DNA from: a virus | Lineage: Duplodnaviria; Heunggongvirae; Uroviricota; Caudoviricetes | Virus record (IMG/VR): IMGVR_UViG_3300003973_000001 | Span: 1-64,000 of that record | Length of the DNA stretch: 64,000 bases | Reading direction: 5' to 3' (one strand) | Part shown: positions 55,133 through 62,999 of the stretch, piece by piece | Layout of the letters: each line of letters begins with the position of its first letter | Position numbering within the stretch: the stretch's first letter is position 1 | The notes under the pieces: generated by a model | Told to the model about the DNA's origin: nothing | The model's database searches: none | The model's input: the letters and a program-made list of their open reading frames with translations, nothing else | Translations under genes and position numbers: made by a program

Positions 55133-55165
55133 TATATAATAGAAGAAACTCGATTTGAATCGAAT
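55133..55165 (+). promoter_or_regulatory. TGCTATATAATAGAAGAAACTCGATTTGAATCGA element (copy 3), upstream of the winged-helix gene
   Basis: Extended -10-like TGCTATATAAT plus a hairpin TCGATT-TG-AATCGA. Confidence 0.45.
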
Positions 55166-55410
55166 GAACCAGAAATTTATTGTCAGATTGAAGGGGATTC
55201 TGCTACAATGAATACAACAAACAAATCTTGAAAAAGCAAAAACGCCCTATCCTTTGTAAGTTTGGCGACCTGCAAGGATAAAGCGTTCGAAAGATAAAAC
55301 ATAGAATTCAGTTTTTTGTTACCTCAATAATATCATACATATAATATGTATGCAAAGGAATTCTATGATTTTTTCTTCCTGCTTTTTCTATAAAAATGGG
55401 GGAATTGAAT

Positions 55411-56445
55411 ATGGCTAGACCAGATGGTTATGATGTAGAAGGTTACATCCACTTTATTAAGAAGAGAGTAGATGGGACTCATTGGGTTGGCAAAGGAGAG
55501 AGTGCTAGAGAGATGCCTAATAAAGAAGCGTATGAAGTGCCTTTTGAATCTATCGAAAACTTAGACCTTAATAGGATTGGTAATGAGATTTCTTATCTTA
55601 ATAGCAATGTCTGGAATGTAGAAAGATATATGGCTTATTTCTGGAAGCAAATAATGGATGCTGATTCTATTTTCGTTTGGAAGCATCTGTGGGAATATGC
55701 AAATGAAGCAGAGAATATTGATATGTGTTATCCGAAAATGTCTGAATTGATGCAGAGATGCGGATTATCGAGACCCACCCTAATTGACAAGATAAAGAAA
55801 CTGGAAGAGAACAACTTCCTTATTCAAATACATAGATTAAACAAGAAGTCCGATAATAAAAAAGAAGACAGCCCATTATTCAAATTAAGAAGAACTATAC
55901 CTCTGCTGTCGAAAGAACAGGTTGAAAAGCTTACTCCTTTTATGAAGAAAAAGCATGACGATTACATGAATAAGTTTGCTAGTAAATCTAGTCTAGAATG
56001 GTTCTCTGCGAGCGGTAAAGAAACTGTTGATAATCTTATAGAGACTTCTGGAGACAGAATCGTATCTAGCAAGGCAAGACAGGAAATCAAGAATCTGCTA
56101 AAGAACGAGGAAGAAGAAGGTTATATAATTGTGAACCTCCCTCCTCATATGCAGGACACATTAAAAGATTCTAATTCACTACATGAGGCTCTTATGAAGA
56201 ACGGATTTAGTAAACCGTCAGTAGAATTGCTATTTGGAGACGTAATGTCTACATATGATAGTGAGACATCTACTGCACATATTATTACCAGAAAAAGTTC
56301 TCAGAAAGAGTATTATGAGAAAAATATGGAAGATAAGTATAAAGACATGCTATTCTCATCACTAATTGAAATGTACGATTCTGTTGGAGATATAAAGTAC
56401 TTCACTACAGAACAATATATAATTACAATTCTGAAGGGCAAATAA
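55411..56445 (+). CDS. winged-helix DNA-binding protein flanked by repeat arrays (replication initiator / origin-binding candidate)
   Basis: HTH-like segment PKMSELMQRCGLSRPTLIDKIKKLEENNFL. Iterons upstream, DnaA-box/palindrome array downstream. Start moved to ATG 55411 (GGGGGA RBS). Confidence 0.55.
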   Translation: MARPDGYDVEGYIHFIKKRVDGTHWVGKGESAREMPNKEAYEVPFESIENLDLNRIGNEISYLNSNVWNVERYMAYFWKQIMDADSIFVWKHLWEYANEAENIDMCYPKMSELMQRCGLSRPTLIDKIKKLEENNFLIQIHRLNKKSDNKKEDSPLFKLRRTIPLLSKEQVEKLTPFMKKKHDDYMNKFASKSSLEWFSASGKETVDNLIETSGDRIVSSKARQEIKNLLKNEEEEGYIIVNLPPHMQDTLKDSNSLHEALMKNGFSKPSVELLFGDVMSTYDSETSTAHIITRKSSQKEYYEKNMEDKYKDMLFSSLIEMYDSVGDIKYFTTEQYIITILKGK

Positions 56446-56493
56446 GCCCTTCTTTTTTTTATCTATTTTCGTTCACATTTTAGACACATTTGG

Positions 56494-56720
56494 TTATCCG
56501 CCTAGTGTAAAGAAATTTTATACTATGATTTTCGCCTAGTATAAAGAAATTTTATACTATACCATAAAGAAATTTTATACTATAGTGTAAAGAAATTTTA
56601 CACTATAGAAACACTCACTTATCCCCAGATTCTGTGGATAACCTAGTATAAAGTTTTTTTATACTATAAAACCCTAGTGTAAAATTTCTTTATAGTCCCC
56701 CTAAAGAATCTTTACACCCT
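56494..56720. repeat. array of at least 6 palindromic 24-bp repeats (TAGTRTAAAGAAATTTTATACTAT) flanked by three DnaA-box-like 9-mers
   Basis: TTATCCGCC at 56494, TTATCCCCA at 56619, perfect TTATCCACA (complement) at 56634-56642. Each repeat is itself an inverted repeat TAGTATAAA/TTTATACTA. Confidence 0.6.
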
Positions 56721-56979
56721 ATATCTTTATGATTCTATATATCTTTTTATTATTAATTAATATAAGATTCCATAAGAATCATTAGTGTAGAATTTTCAGA
56801 AAATACAAGTCTCCAGAAATACGAATCTCGAATCGGTAGACATATAGACCCTCCAGAATACTCCTCTCACCTCCATACTGACTCACTGACACGTTCTACG
56901 AACGAAGTAATCCAAATATATCTGTAAAAATAGCCCCTCCCCTACGGAGCGCTACCTATCTTAAAATTTATTATTTTTA

Positions 56980-56998
56980 TTAAACAAAAGTATTGCAA
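56980..56998 (+). promoter_or_regulatory. 19-bp motif class A (upstream of the antirepressor)
   Basis: ttaaacaaaagtattgcaa. Confidence 0.55.
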
Positions 56999-57053
56999 AG
57001 ATATAGGGTTATGGTGTAGTATGAAAACAACAACAAAACACAGGAGGTTCTAT

Positions 57054-57818
57054 ATGGACAAATTACAAGTATTCAACAATGACGAACTCGGACAGGTTCG
57101 AACGGTTACTATCGGAGAGGAAGCTTGGTTCGTAGCGAAAGATGTTTGCGATGTCTTATCAATCGGCAATATTACAAAAACGATTTCGCGACTGGATGAA
57201 GATGAGTTTACTACTAGTAAAGTCACCGATTCTACAGGAAGAAACCAAGATACATTCGTTGTAAACGAAAGTGGTCTTTACTCTATTATTATGACTAGTC
57301 GTAAACCGCAGGCAAAAGTATTTAAGAAGTGGGTTACATCAGAAGTGTTGCCGATGATTCGCAAAACTGGCGGTTACGTAAATAACGATGAGATATTCGT
57401 TAATACATATCTGGCTCATGCGGATGAAATGACAAAGACATTATTTAAATCAACATTAGAAACGGTGCGTAAGCAAAACGAAAAGATTGCTGTACTAGAA
57501 CCGAAAGCCGAATATCACGACAATGTACTTGATAGCAAAAACTCATTTACAATCACAGAGATTGCTAATGACTTGGGAATGACAGCTCGTAAATTGAACT
57601 CCCTACTACACCAATTAGGAGTGCAGAGAAAAGTTGGGGCAACATGGGTGTTGTACGCGGAACATCAGAATAAAGGCTACATCGATACAAAGACTTATGT
57701 ATATGATGGCGGTAACGAAGGATTCCAAACAGCCATGCATACACGATGGACTCAGAAAGGTCGCAAGTTCATTATTGATTTAATGACTGAGATGGGTCTT
57801 CAAAAAACATTTTACTAA
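57054..57818 (+). CDS. antirepressor (Bro-N N-terminal domain + KilA-C/ANT C-terminal domain)
   Basis: Bro-N-like LQVFNNDELGQVRTV...WFVAKDVCDVL...ESGLYSIIM...KVFKKWVTSEVLP. C-terminal TITEIANDLGMTARKLNSLL. AGGAGG RBS before ATG 57054. Confidence 0.75.
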   Translation: MDKLQVFNNDELGQVRTVTIGEEAWFVAKDVCDVLSIGNITKTISRLDEDEFTTSKVTDSTGRNQDTFVVNESGLYSIIMTSRKPQAKVFKKWVTSEVLPMIRKTGGYVNNDEIFVNTYLAHADEMTKTLFKSTLETVRKQNEKIAVLEPKAEYHDNVLDSKNSFTITEIANDLGMTARKLNSLLHQLGVQRKVGATWVLYAEHQNKGYIDTKTYVYDGGNEGFQTAMHTRWTQKGRKFIIDLMTEMGLQKTFY

Positions 57819-57833
57819 ACAAAAGTATTGCAG
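57815..57833 (+). promoter_or_regulatory. 19-bp motif class A overlapping the antirepressor stop (upstream of the helicase)
   Basis: ctaaacaaaagtattgcag. Confidence 0.55.
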
Positions 57834-57885
57834 AAAATGTGACGATGTGTTAGTATAACATTAACGATAACTAGGAGGAATCATT

Positions 57886-59850
57886 ATGAAATTAACAACA
57901 GAACAACAATTGGCAGTAGATACTATTGACGGAAACGTTTGTACAATCGCGAGTGCAGGCTCTGGAAAAACTAGCGCCTTCACTACTCGTATTGCGAACA
58001 TGGTAAACAATCACTATATCAATCCTACATGTATTCTAGGAATCACGTTTACGAAGAAGGCATCCGAGGAAATGCAGAAGCGACTTGCCAAGCTTATTGG
58101 TAAGGAAACAGCAAAGAAGGTCGTGCTTAGTACATTCCACAGCATCGCTTACCGATTACTAAAGGTTTTAGATTCAGAGTTTGATAAATTACAAATTGCC
58201 CCAGATTGGTGGAAGATGTCGCGCCTTAACGACTTGTGTAAGCCTCGCGATGAGCGAAACCATTTAGGTATGAATCTAGGAATCAAGGCAGGCGAACTTG
58301 CCCAGTTTATTTCTTACCAGAAAGCGAATATGGTGAAGCCGACTGACAATCTCATTATCAATGAGCAAGTCGAATTTGTAGACGGAGTGTCAGAACCACT
58401 TCTCAGAGAGGCATACGCCACGTATGAGCGACTTAAAACAGAATCTAGACAAGTAGACTTCGATGACATGTTATTGCGATTCTACGAGAAACTGAGAGAC
58501 GACAGCGTATTCCGTTCTCGCATTGCTAAACAGTATCAGTACATCATGATAGACGAATACCAAGATACTTCAACTATCGTGCTTGAAATTGTTAAGCTTA
58601 TCAACTCTCGAAACGTATTCGTAGTTGGCGATTTCCGCCAATCCATCTATGCATTCATCAATGCGAATGTTGAGAATATCCTTAACTTCAAAGATGAATT
58701 TGAGAATGTTAAGCTAATTGAATTGAACAAAAATTTCCGCTCAACGCAGAATATTGTTCACCTATCAAACAAAATTATTGAAAACAGTTCGATTGAAAAA
58801 TACAAGCAATTCAAGCCATCCGAGAGTGTTGGCGAAGTTGGAGATAAAGTTAAGTTTTCTCTATACCAAGACGAAGGAAAACAGATTCTTGGAATCGCTA
58901 ATCAGATTCAAGATTTAGTAGATGGCGGTATGCCATATAAGGAGATTGCTATTCTAGTTCGCGCAAATGCGGATACAGCAATCATTGAGGAAGTACTGGC
59001 AGATAAGGATATTCCTTACGATGTATCCAAATCCCTATCCTTCTTCGACAGAAAGGAAATCTTAGATTTACTAAGCTACGGAAGACTTGTAGTAGATAGC
59101 GAAGACGACAGCAGTTTCCGCAGAATCATCAATTCACCGAATCGATATTTAGGAAAGCAGTTTGTCGAGGAACTGGAGCGATTTGCAGGTTCGCACGATA
59201 TGAACTTAATGCAGGCGCTACGCGTAACTCCTCAGAATGGTGAGTGGAAATTCAAGCGAGGAATCGATAACTTCACTAAGATTATTAGCGATTTGCACTA
59301 TCAATCTAATTCTAGTACGAATGCAGGGCGATTCCTTCGCAATGTAATTAAAGCGACTCGCTACATTGAGTTTGTGAATGAGACGACTCCTAACGCATCT
59401 TCTATTGATGAGAAATTGGAATCTATCGAAAAGCTTTGCACTATGGCTTCTAAATTCCCTAATATCAAAGCGTTCTTGGCTCACGTTTCTACCATTAAAG
59501 ACAAACAAGCGAAGTCTAAAGGTAAAGATGCGGTGCAGGTAATGACTAGCCATGCATCTAAAGGATTGGAATTTGACGCGGTATTCGTTCCGAATGCTAA
59601 TGAAGGGCTTATTCCTCACAAGATGAATCCAGACGAGGAAGAAGAGCGAAGACTGTTTTACGTATCATGTTCTCGCCCTCGTAAGCACCTATATATCAGT
59701 TGGTTCTTTTACGATGCCGAAGCCATGCTTCAAAATGAGAGTATCTTCGTACAGGAATTGCTTGGAGAAGATACGATTCTAGAAATGAAGAAAGACCTCT
59801 TCCGAGGCAAATCGGAGACCCATGTGTGGTATCCTTCAAAAACTAGCTAA
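57886..59850 (+). CDS. UvrD/PcrA-like superfamily-1 DNA helicase
   Basis: Walker A AGSGKT. Motif II DEYQD. 654 aa. Confidence 0.8.
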   Translation: MKLTTEQQLAVDTIDGNVCTIASAGSGKTSAFTTRIANMVNNHYINPTCILGITFTKKASEEMQKRLAKLIGKETAKKVVLSTFHSIAYRLLKVLDSEFDKLQIAPDWWKMSRLNDLCKPRDERNHLGMNLGIKAGELAQFISYQKANMVKPTDNLIINEQVEFVDGVSEPLLREAYATYERLKTESRQVDFDDMLLRFYEKLRDDSVFRSRIAKQYQYIMIDEYQDTSTIVLEIVKLINSRNVFVVGDFRQSIYAFINANVENILNFKDEFENVKLIELNKNFRSTQNIVHLSNKIIENSSIEKYKQFKPSESVGEVGDKVKFSLYQDEGKQILGIANQIQDLVDGGMPYKEIAILVRANADTAIIEEVLADKDIPYDVSKSLSFFDRKEILDLLSYGRLVVDSEDDSSFRRIINSPNRYLGKQFVEELERFAGSHDMNLMQALRVTPQNGEWKFKRGIDNFTKIISDLHYQSNSSTNAGRFLRNVIKATRYIEFVNETTPNASSIDEKLESIEKLCTMASKFPNIKAFLAHVSTIKDKQAKSKGKDAVQVMTSHASKGLEFDAVFVPNANEGLIPHKMNPDEEEERRLFYVSCSRPRKHLYISWFFYDAEAMLQNESIFVQELLGEDTILEMKKDLFRGKSETHVWYPSKTS

Positions 59851-59866
59851 AACAAAAGTATTGCAC
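59847..59866 (+). promoter_or_regulatory. 19-bp motif class A overlapping the helicase stop
   Basis: ctaaaacaaaagtattgcac. Confidence 0.55.
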
Positions 59867-59883
59867 AAGAAAAGGAGAATCGC

Positions 59884-60130
59884 TATGAAAATTATTCCAG
59901 TGTTAGCGCCAAGCTACCAAGAGTTCAGATATTTTGTTCAAGACAATCAATTGAAGTTTCAGCAATTTGCTTATATCACAACGGAAGATAACCTTAGAGG
60001 ATATGGCGGTATCGTCATAGTTCTACCTAATTGGAAGAGAAATGATAAGTATGACGTAAACTTCAGACGTAGGCTGATTGAAATGGAAGTATTAAAACAT
60101 ATCTTTTTATCGAGACATGTAGAAATCTAG
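59884..60130 (+). CDS. hypothetical protein
   Basis: AAGGAGA RBS then ATG 59884. The track start at 59822 lies inside the upstream gene/motif. Confidence 0.5.
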
Positions 60131-60196
60131 GGAGGTGTGGGCAATTCGCCCTCCCCTGTCCTTCAATACTTTTGCTCTATAAATCTCTATTTTTTG

Positions 60197-60247
60197 GACG
60201 AAAGTATTGCGAGGCATTTTATACAATTAAACTAAACTATTGCGAGG
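60197..60247 (+). promoter_or_regulatory. two degenerate tandem motif copies (GACGAAAGTATTGCGAGG and AAACTAAACTATTGCGAGG)
   Basis: Upstream of 60257..60520. Confidence 0.35.
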
Positions 60248-60256
60248 ACTGATAGA

Positions 60257-60520
60257 ATGGAAACGACAAAAAATATAATGATGACAGCTATATTAGTAGA
60301 TGGTAGAAATGTAGTAATACGCCCATCCCCTACTAGCAATGAAGAAATGCTATGGAGATTTACGAATGGATTTGACGATGAAGAGAATGCAGGCATTGCA
60401 TTTATCTATCAATGGAACAAAGCTAAAATCATGGGCAAGGCTAAGGTATTTAAGAATACTACAACCTGCTACATTGAAATTAAAGGCAACAATATCGTAC
60501 TTAACTTGCTAGAGGACTAG
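60257..60520 (+). CDS. hypothetical protein
   Basis: ORF. Confidence 0.5.
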   Translation: METTKNIMMTAILVDGRNVVIRPSPTSNEEMLWRFTNGFDDEENAGIAFIYQWNKAKIMGKAKVFKNTTTCYIEIKGNNIVLNLLED

Positions 60521-60711
60521 AAATAGTCTTCTTTTTTATTTTGTACCACTTTTAGACCAATAATTGGTACATAGGGTGGTCAATCTATTATTTTTTCTAT
60601 ATTTTTTTCATCTATCAAACTCTTCAGTACCAAGGCTTGGCACTGAGGGTGGTCTAATTTCTGTCTTTCGGGTATTGCAAAGTAGAGAAATGCGTGATTT
60701 AATATAGACAA
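60521..60711. repeat. repeat sites upstream of the ParM-like gene: two palindromes each followed by AGGGTGGTC(A/T)AAT
   Basis: GACCAATAATTGGTACATAGGGTGGTCAATC and ACCAAGGCTTGGCACTGAGGGTGGTCTAATTTC. Confidence 0.45.
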
Positions 60712-60738
60712 ATGGTAAATGAAGGAGAGATTGGCAAA

Positions 60739-61878
60739 ATGGTCAAGAAAACTGCGTTAAAAGTTACTATGAAATACGATAGAGTTATTGGAATCGACTT
60801 AGGTAACGGTCTTGTAAAGATTAGAAGTGTTTACAAAAGCGGTGAATTATATGAACTGACTCTTCCAAGCGCATTCGGAAAACTGATTGATGTAGGGAAC
60901 AGTGTTGGGGGAGAAGAGCTAGATTTAGATACATATAGAATTAATGGCATCGATTATGTATGGGGAGAAGATATCACTAGACTTCGAGACAAGATGAAGC
61001 CTTGCTACGGTCATCAAGGAAGATATGAATCTGAAGCATATAAGATTATGGCTCAAATCGCTATGTCTAGAGTTGTAAAGGATTTAGGAATCGATGCAAC
61101 GGAAAAGGTTTTAGTAGTAACTGGAGTTCCTTCTATTGAAACTGATACAGAGTGCGAGACTGATATAGCGAATGCTTTCTATGGAGAAAGCTCTGGATTC
61201 TTCGAAACAGTAGTAAATGGACAAGAGTACAGCTACAGATTAGCTCACGTACAGGTTACAGCACAGGCTCTGGCAACTGTAATTGGAAGATATATAGATG
61301 AGGTTGGAAGAGTATTAAATTCGGATTATGAGAAGATTAAGGTAGCTGTAGTTGATATCGGTGCAGGCACAACGGATTTAGATGCTGTATTTGAGCTTCG
61401 TAGACAATCGAACTACCATAGTATCCAACGAGGATTCAGAGATGTTTATGAGGATATCAGAACGTATATTAGAAAGTATCATCCTTCTCATGTTGTTACG
61501 GACTACGATATCTTAGAAATCATCGAAGAAGTAGGGGATATGAGGAAGAGGCAGGAACTTGAAGCTTCTATTAGCAAGAAGAAGAAAGAGGATATTCGAT
61601 ATGAATACACTCCTTCAAAGAGAAGCGCACCAGTAGATTTCACTGATGTATTCCTTAATTCATTATATGAGCTTGCAATGGATATTCAGCAGGCTATACT
61701 TGATAAGTGGAAGAATACACTTGAATTTGATGAAATATTAATCGTTGGAGGAAGCGCAGAACACTTCTCTGACATGATGTTAAAGATTGTTAAGGATGCA
61801 ATTATCCCAGAGAACAATGGAGATAGTAACGTAGAGGGTTATTACAGATTGGGCGTAAGTATCGCACTGGCAGGATAA
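60739..61878 (+). CDS. ParM/StbA-like actin-fold partition ATPase
   Basis: N-terminal phosphate-1 motif VIGIDLGNGLVKI. DIGAGTTD phosphate-2 motif. GAAGGAGAG RBS then ATG 60739. Confidence 0.7.
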   Translation: MVKKTALKVTMKYDRVIGIDLGNGLVKIRSVYKSGELYELTLPSAFGKLIDVGNSVGGEELDLDTYRINGIDYVWGEDITRLRDKMKPCYGHQGRYESEAYKIMAQIAMSRVVKDLGIDATEKVLVVTGVPSIETDTECETDIANAFYGESSGFFETVVNGQEYSYRLAHVQVTAQALATVIGRYIDEVGRVLNSDYEKIKVAVVDIGAGTTDLDAVFELRRQSNYHSIQRGFRDVYEDIRTYIRKYHPSHVVTDYDILEIIEEVGDMRKRQELEASISKKKKEDIRYEYTPSKRSAPVDFTDVFLNSLYELAMDIQQAILDKWKNTLEFDEILIVGGSAEHFSDMMLKIVKDAIIPENNGDSNVEGYYRLGVSIALAG

Positions 61879-61890
61879 GGAGTGTAAAGA

Positions 61891-62178
61891 ATGTCTATAT
61901 ATAAGCTACCATTAGATGATGATGTTGATGTGGATATACAGAAGTGGATGGACAAGATACCTAGAAACAAGAAGGCTGAAGTTATACGACACGCTATAAG
62001 GCTGTATAAGAGCCAACTGAAAGAAGGGGAATTCTTCTATTATCCTACTGGAGAAGGCGTGTATAAGGTCAATAATACGCAAGAGGAAGTTATTGAAGAG
62101 GAAGAGATAGAAGAAGAGAGACCGATGGCTAATCCTGCATTCTTAGCTAGTATGCACAAGGCGAAGGGTGATAAATAA
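61891..62178 (+). CDS. ParR-like ribbon-helix-helix adaptor (putative)
   Basis: 95 aa. KKAEVIRHAIRLY RHH-like N-terminus, acidic C-terminus. Immediately downstream of the ParM-like gene. Confidence 0.45.
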   Translation: MSIYKLPLDDDVDVDIQKWMDKIPRNKKAEVIRHAIRLYKSQLKEGEFFYYPTGEGVYKVNNTQEEVIEEEEIEEERPMANPAFLASMHKAKGDK

Positions 62179-62384
62179 TGAGAAGAGTCTTTTATGAAAT
62201 GAACGTTATGACCAAGGGTGAGACGTTCACTAAGAAATTCTCTATAGAATACGATAGGGAAGAGTACGATAGTAATTCTGAGAATTTAGATGCTGAGATT
62301 ATTTCATATAAATGGAGCGAACTAGTTAAGGAGTACGGTATAGATGCATTTCTAGTTAGCTATTCAATAGAAAGAGAACTTTAA
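62178..62384 (+). CDS. hypothetical protein
   Basis: ORF. ATG overlaps the upstream stop. Terminator hairpin at 62388-62420. Confidence 0.45.
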   Translation: MRRVFYEMNVMTKGETFTKKFSIEYDREEYDSNSENLDAEIISYKWSELVKEYGIDAFLVSYSIEREL

Positions 62385-62387
62385 GTC

Positions 62388-62420
62388 GAGTAGAGATACT
62401 CGGCTTTTGTTTATGTTTGG
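62388..62420 (+). terminator. rho-independent terminator
   Basis: CGAGTA-gaga-TACTCG followed by GCTTTTGTTTATGTTT. Confidence 0.55.
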
Positions 62421-62478
62421 ATATATTTGGGTAGTATAAATAATGCGATTTATATAATGAAAAAGGGGAGGGATTTAC

Positions 62479-62739
62479 TTGCTTAGCGATAAGGAGATAG
62501 TGATTGCAAACTTTGCATTTAATGATATTCGCAAGAATTGTTTTGAGGAAGATAGTCCTATGACTGCATACGCAGGCGAGAAATTGATAAAGGACTTGTG
62601 TAATTCGTTATTTAAAAGAGGTGCTACAGTAGAAGAGATAGAGATTATTATGAAAAATAATGGATTCGACATGATAATAAATGTTAAAGATGTAGATGAG
62701 TTAACAATGAAAAGGTTGAAGAAGACAGAGGAGATGTAG
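62479..62739 (+). CDS. hypothetical protein
   Basis: TTG start after GGGGAGGGA RBS. Confidence 0.45.
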   Translation: MLSDKEIVIANFAFNDIRKNCFEEDSPMTAYAGEKLIKDLCNSLFKRGATVEEIEIIMKNNGFDMIINVKDVDELTMKRLKKTEEM

Positions 62740-62741
62740 GT

Positions 62742-62990
62742 ATGAATTTTCCAGTTGGTCTTACAAGTGGGGCTAAATATCTATTAGAACTTTACACTGA
62801 CAGAAATAGAGATAAGATGGATATCTCTCTAGCTGAGTTGGTGGGTAAGTATTATGATGGAGAATCTGCGATGGATTACTCTGCGGTGATGCTTGGAAAT
62901 CATGTCTTGGTAGGGTATGAGAACAAAGAAGGCAAGTTTATGGCTGAAACTCTTGATGAAATTGTAATGAGAATGAAGGAAACTGGCTAA
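62742..62990 (+). CDS. hypothetical protein
   Basis: ORF. Confidence 0.45.
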   Translation: MNFPVGLTSGAKYLLELYTDRNRDKMDISLAELVGKYYDGESAMDYSAVMLGNHVLVGYENKEGKFMAETLDEIVMRMKETG

Positions 62991-62999
62991 AATATAGCA

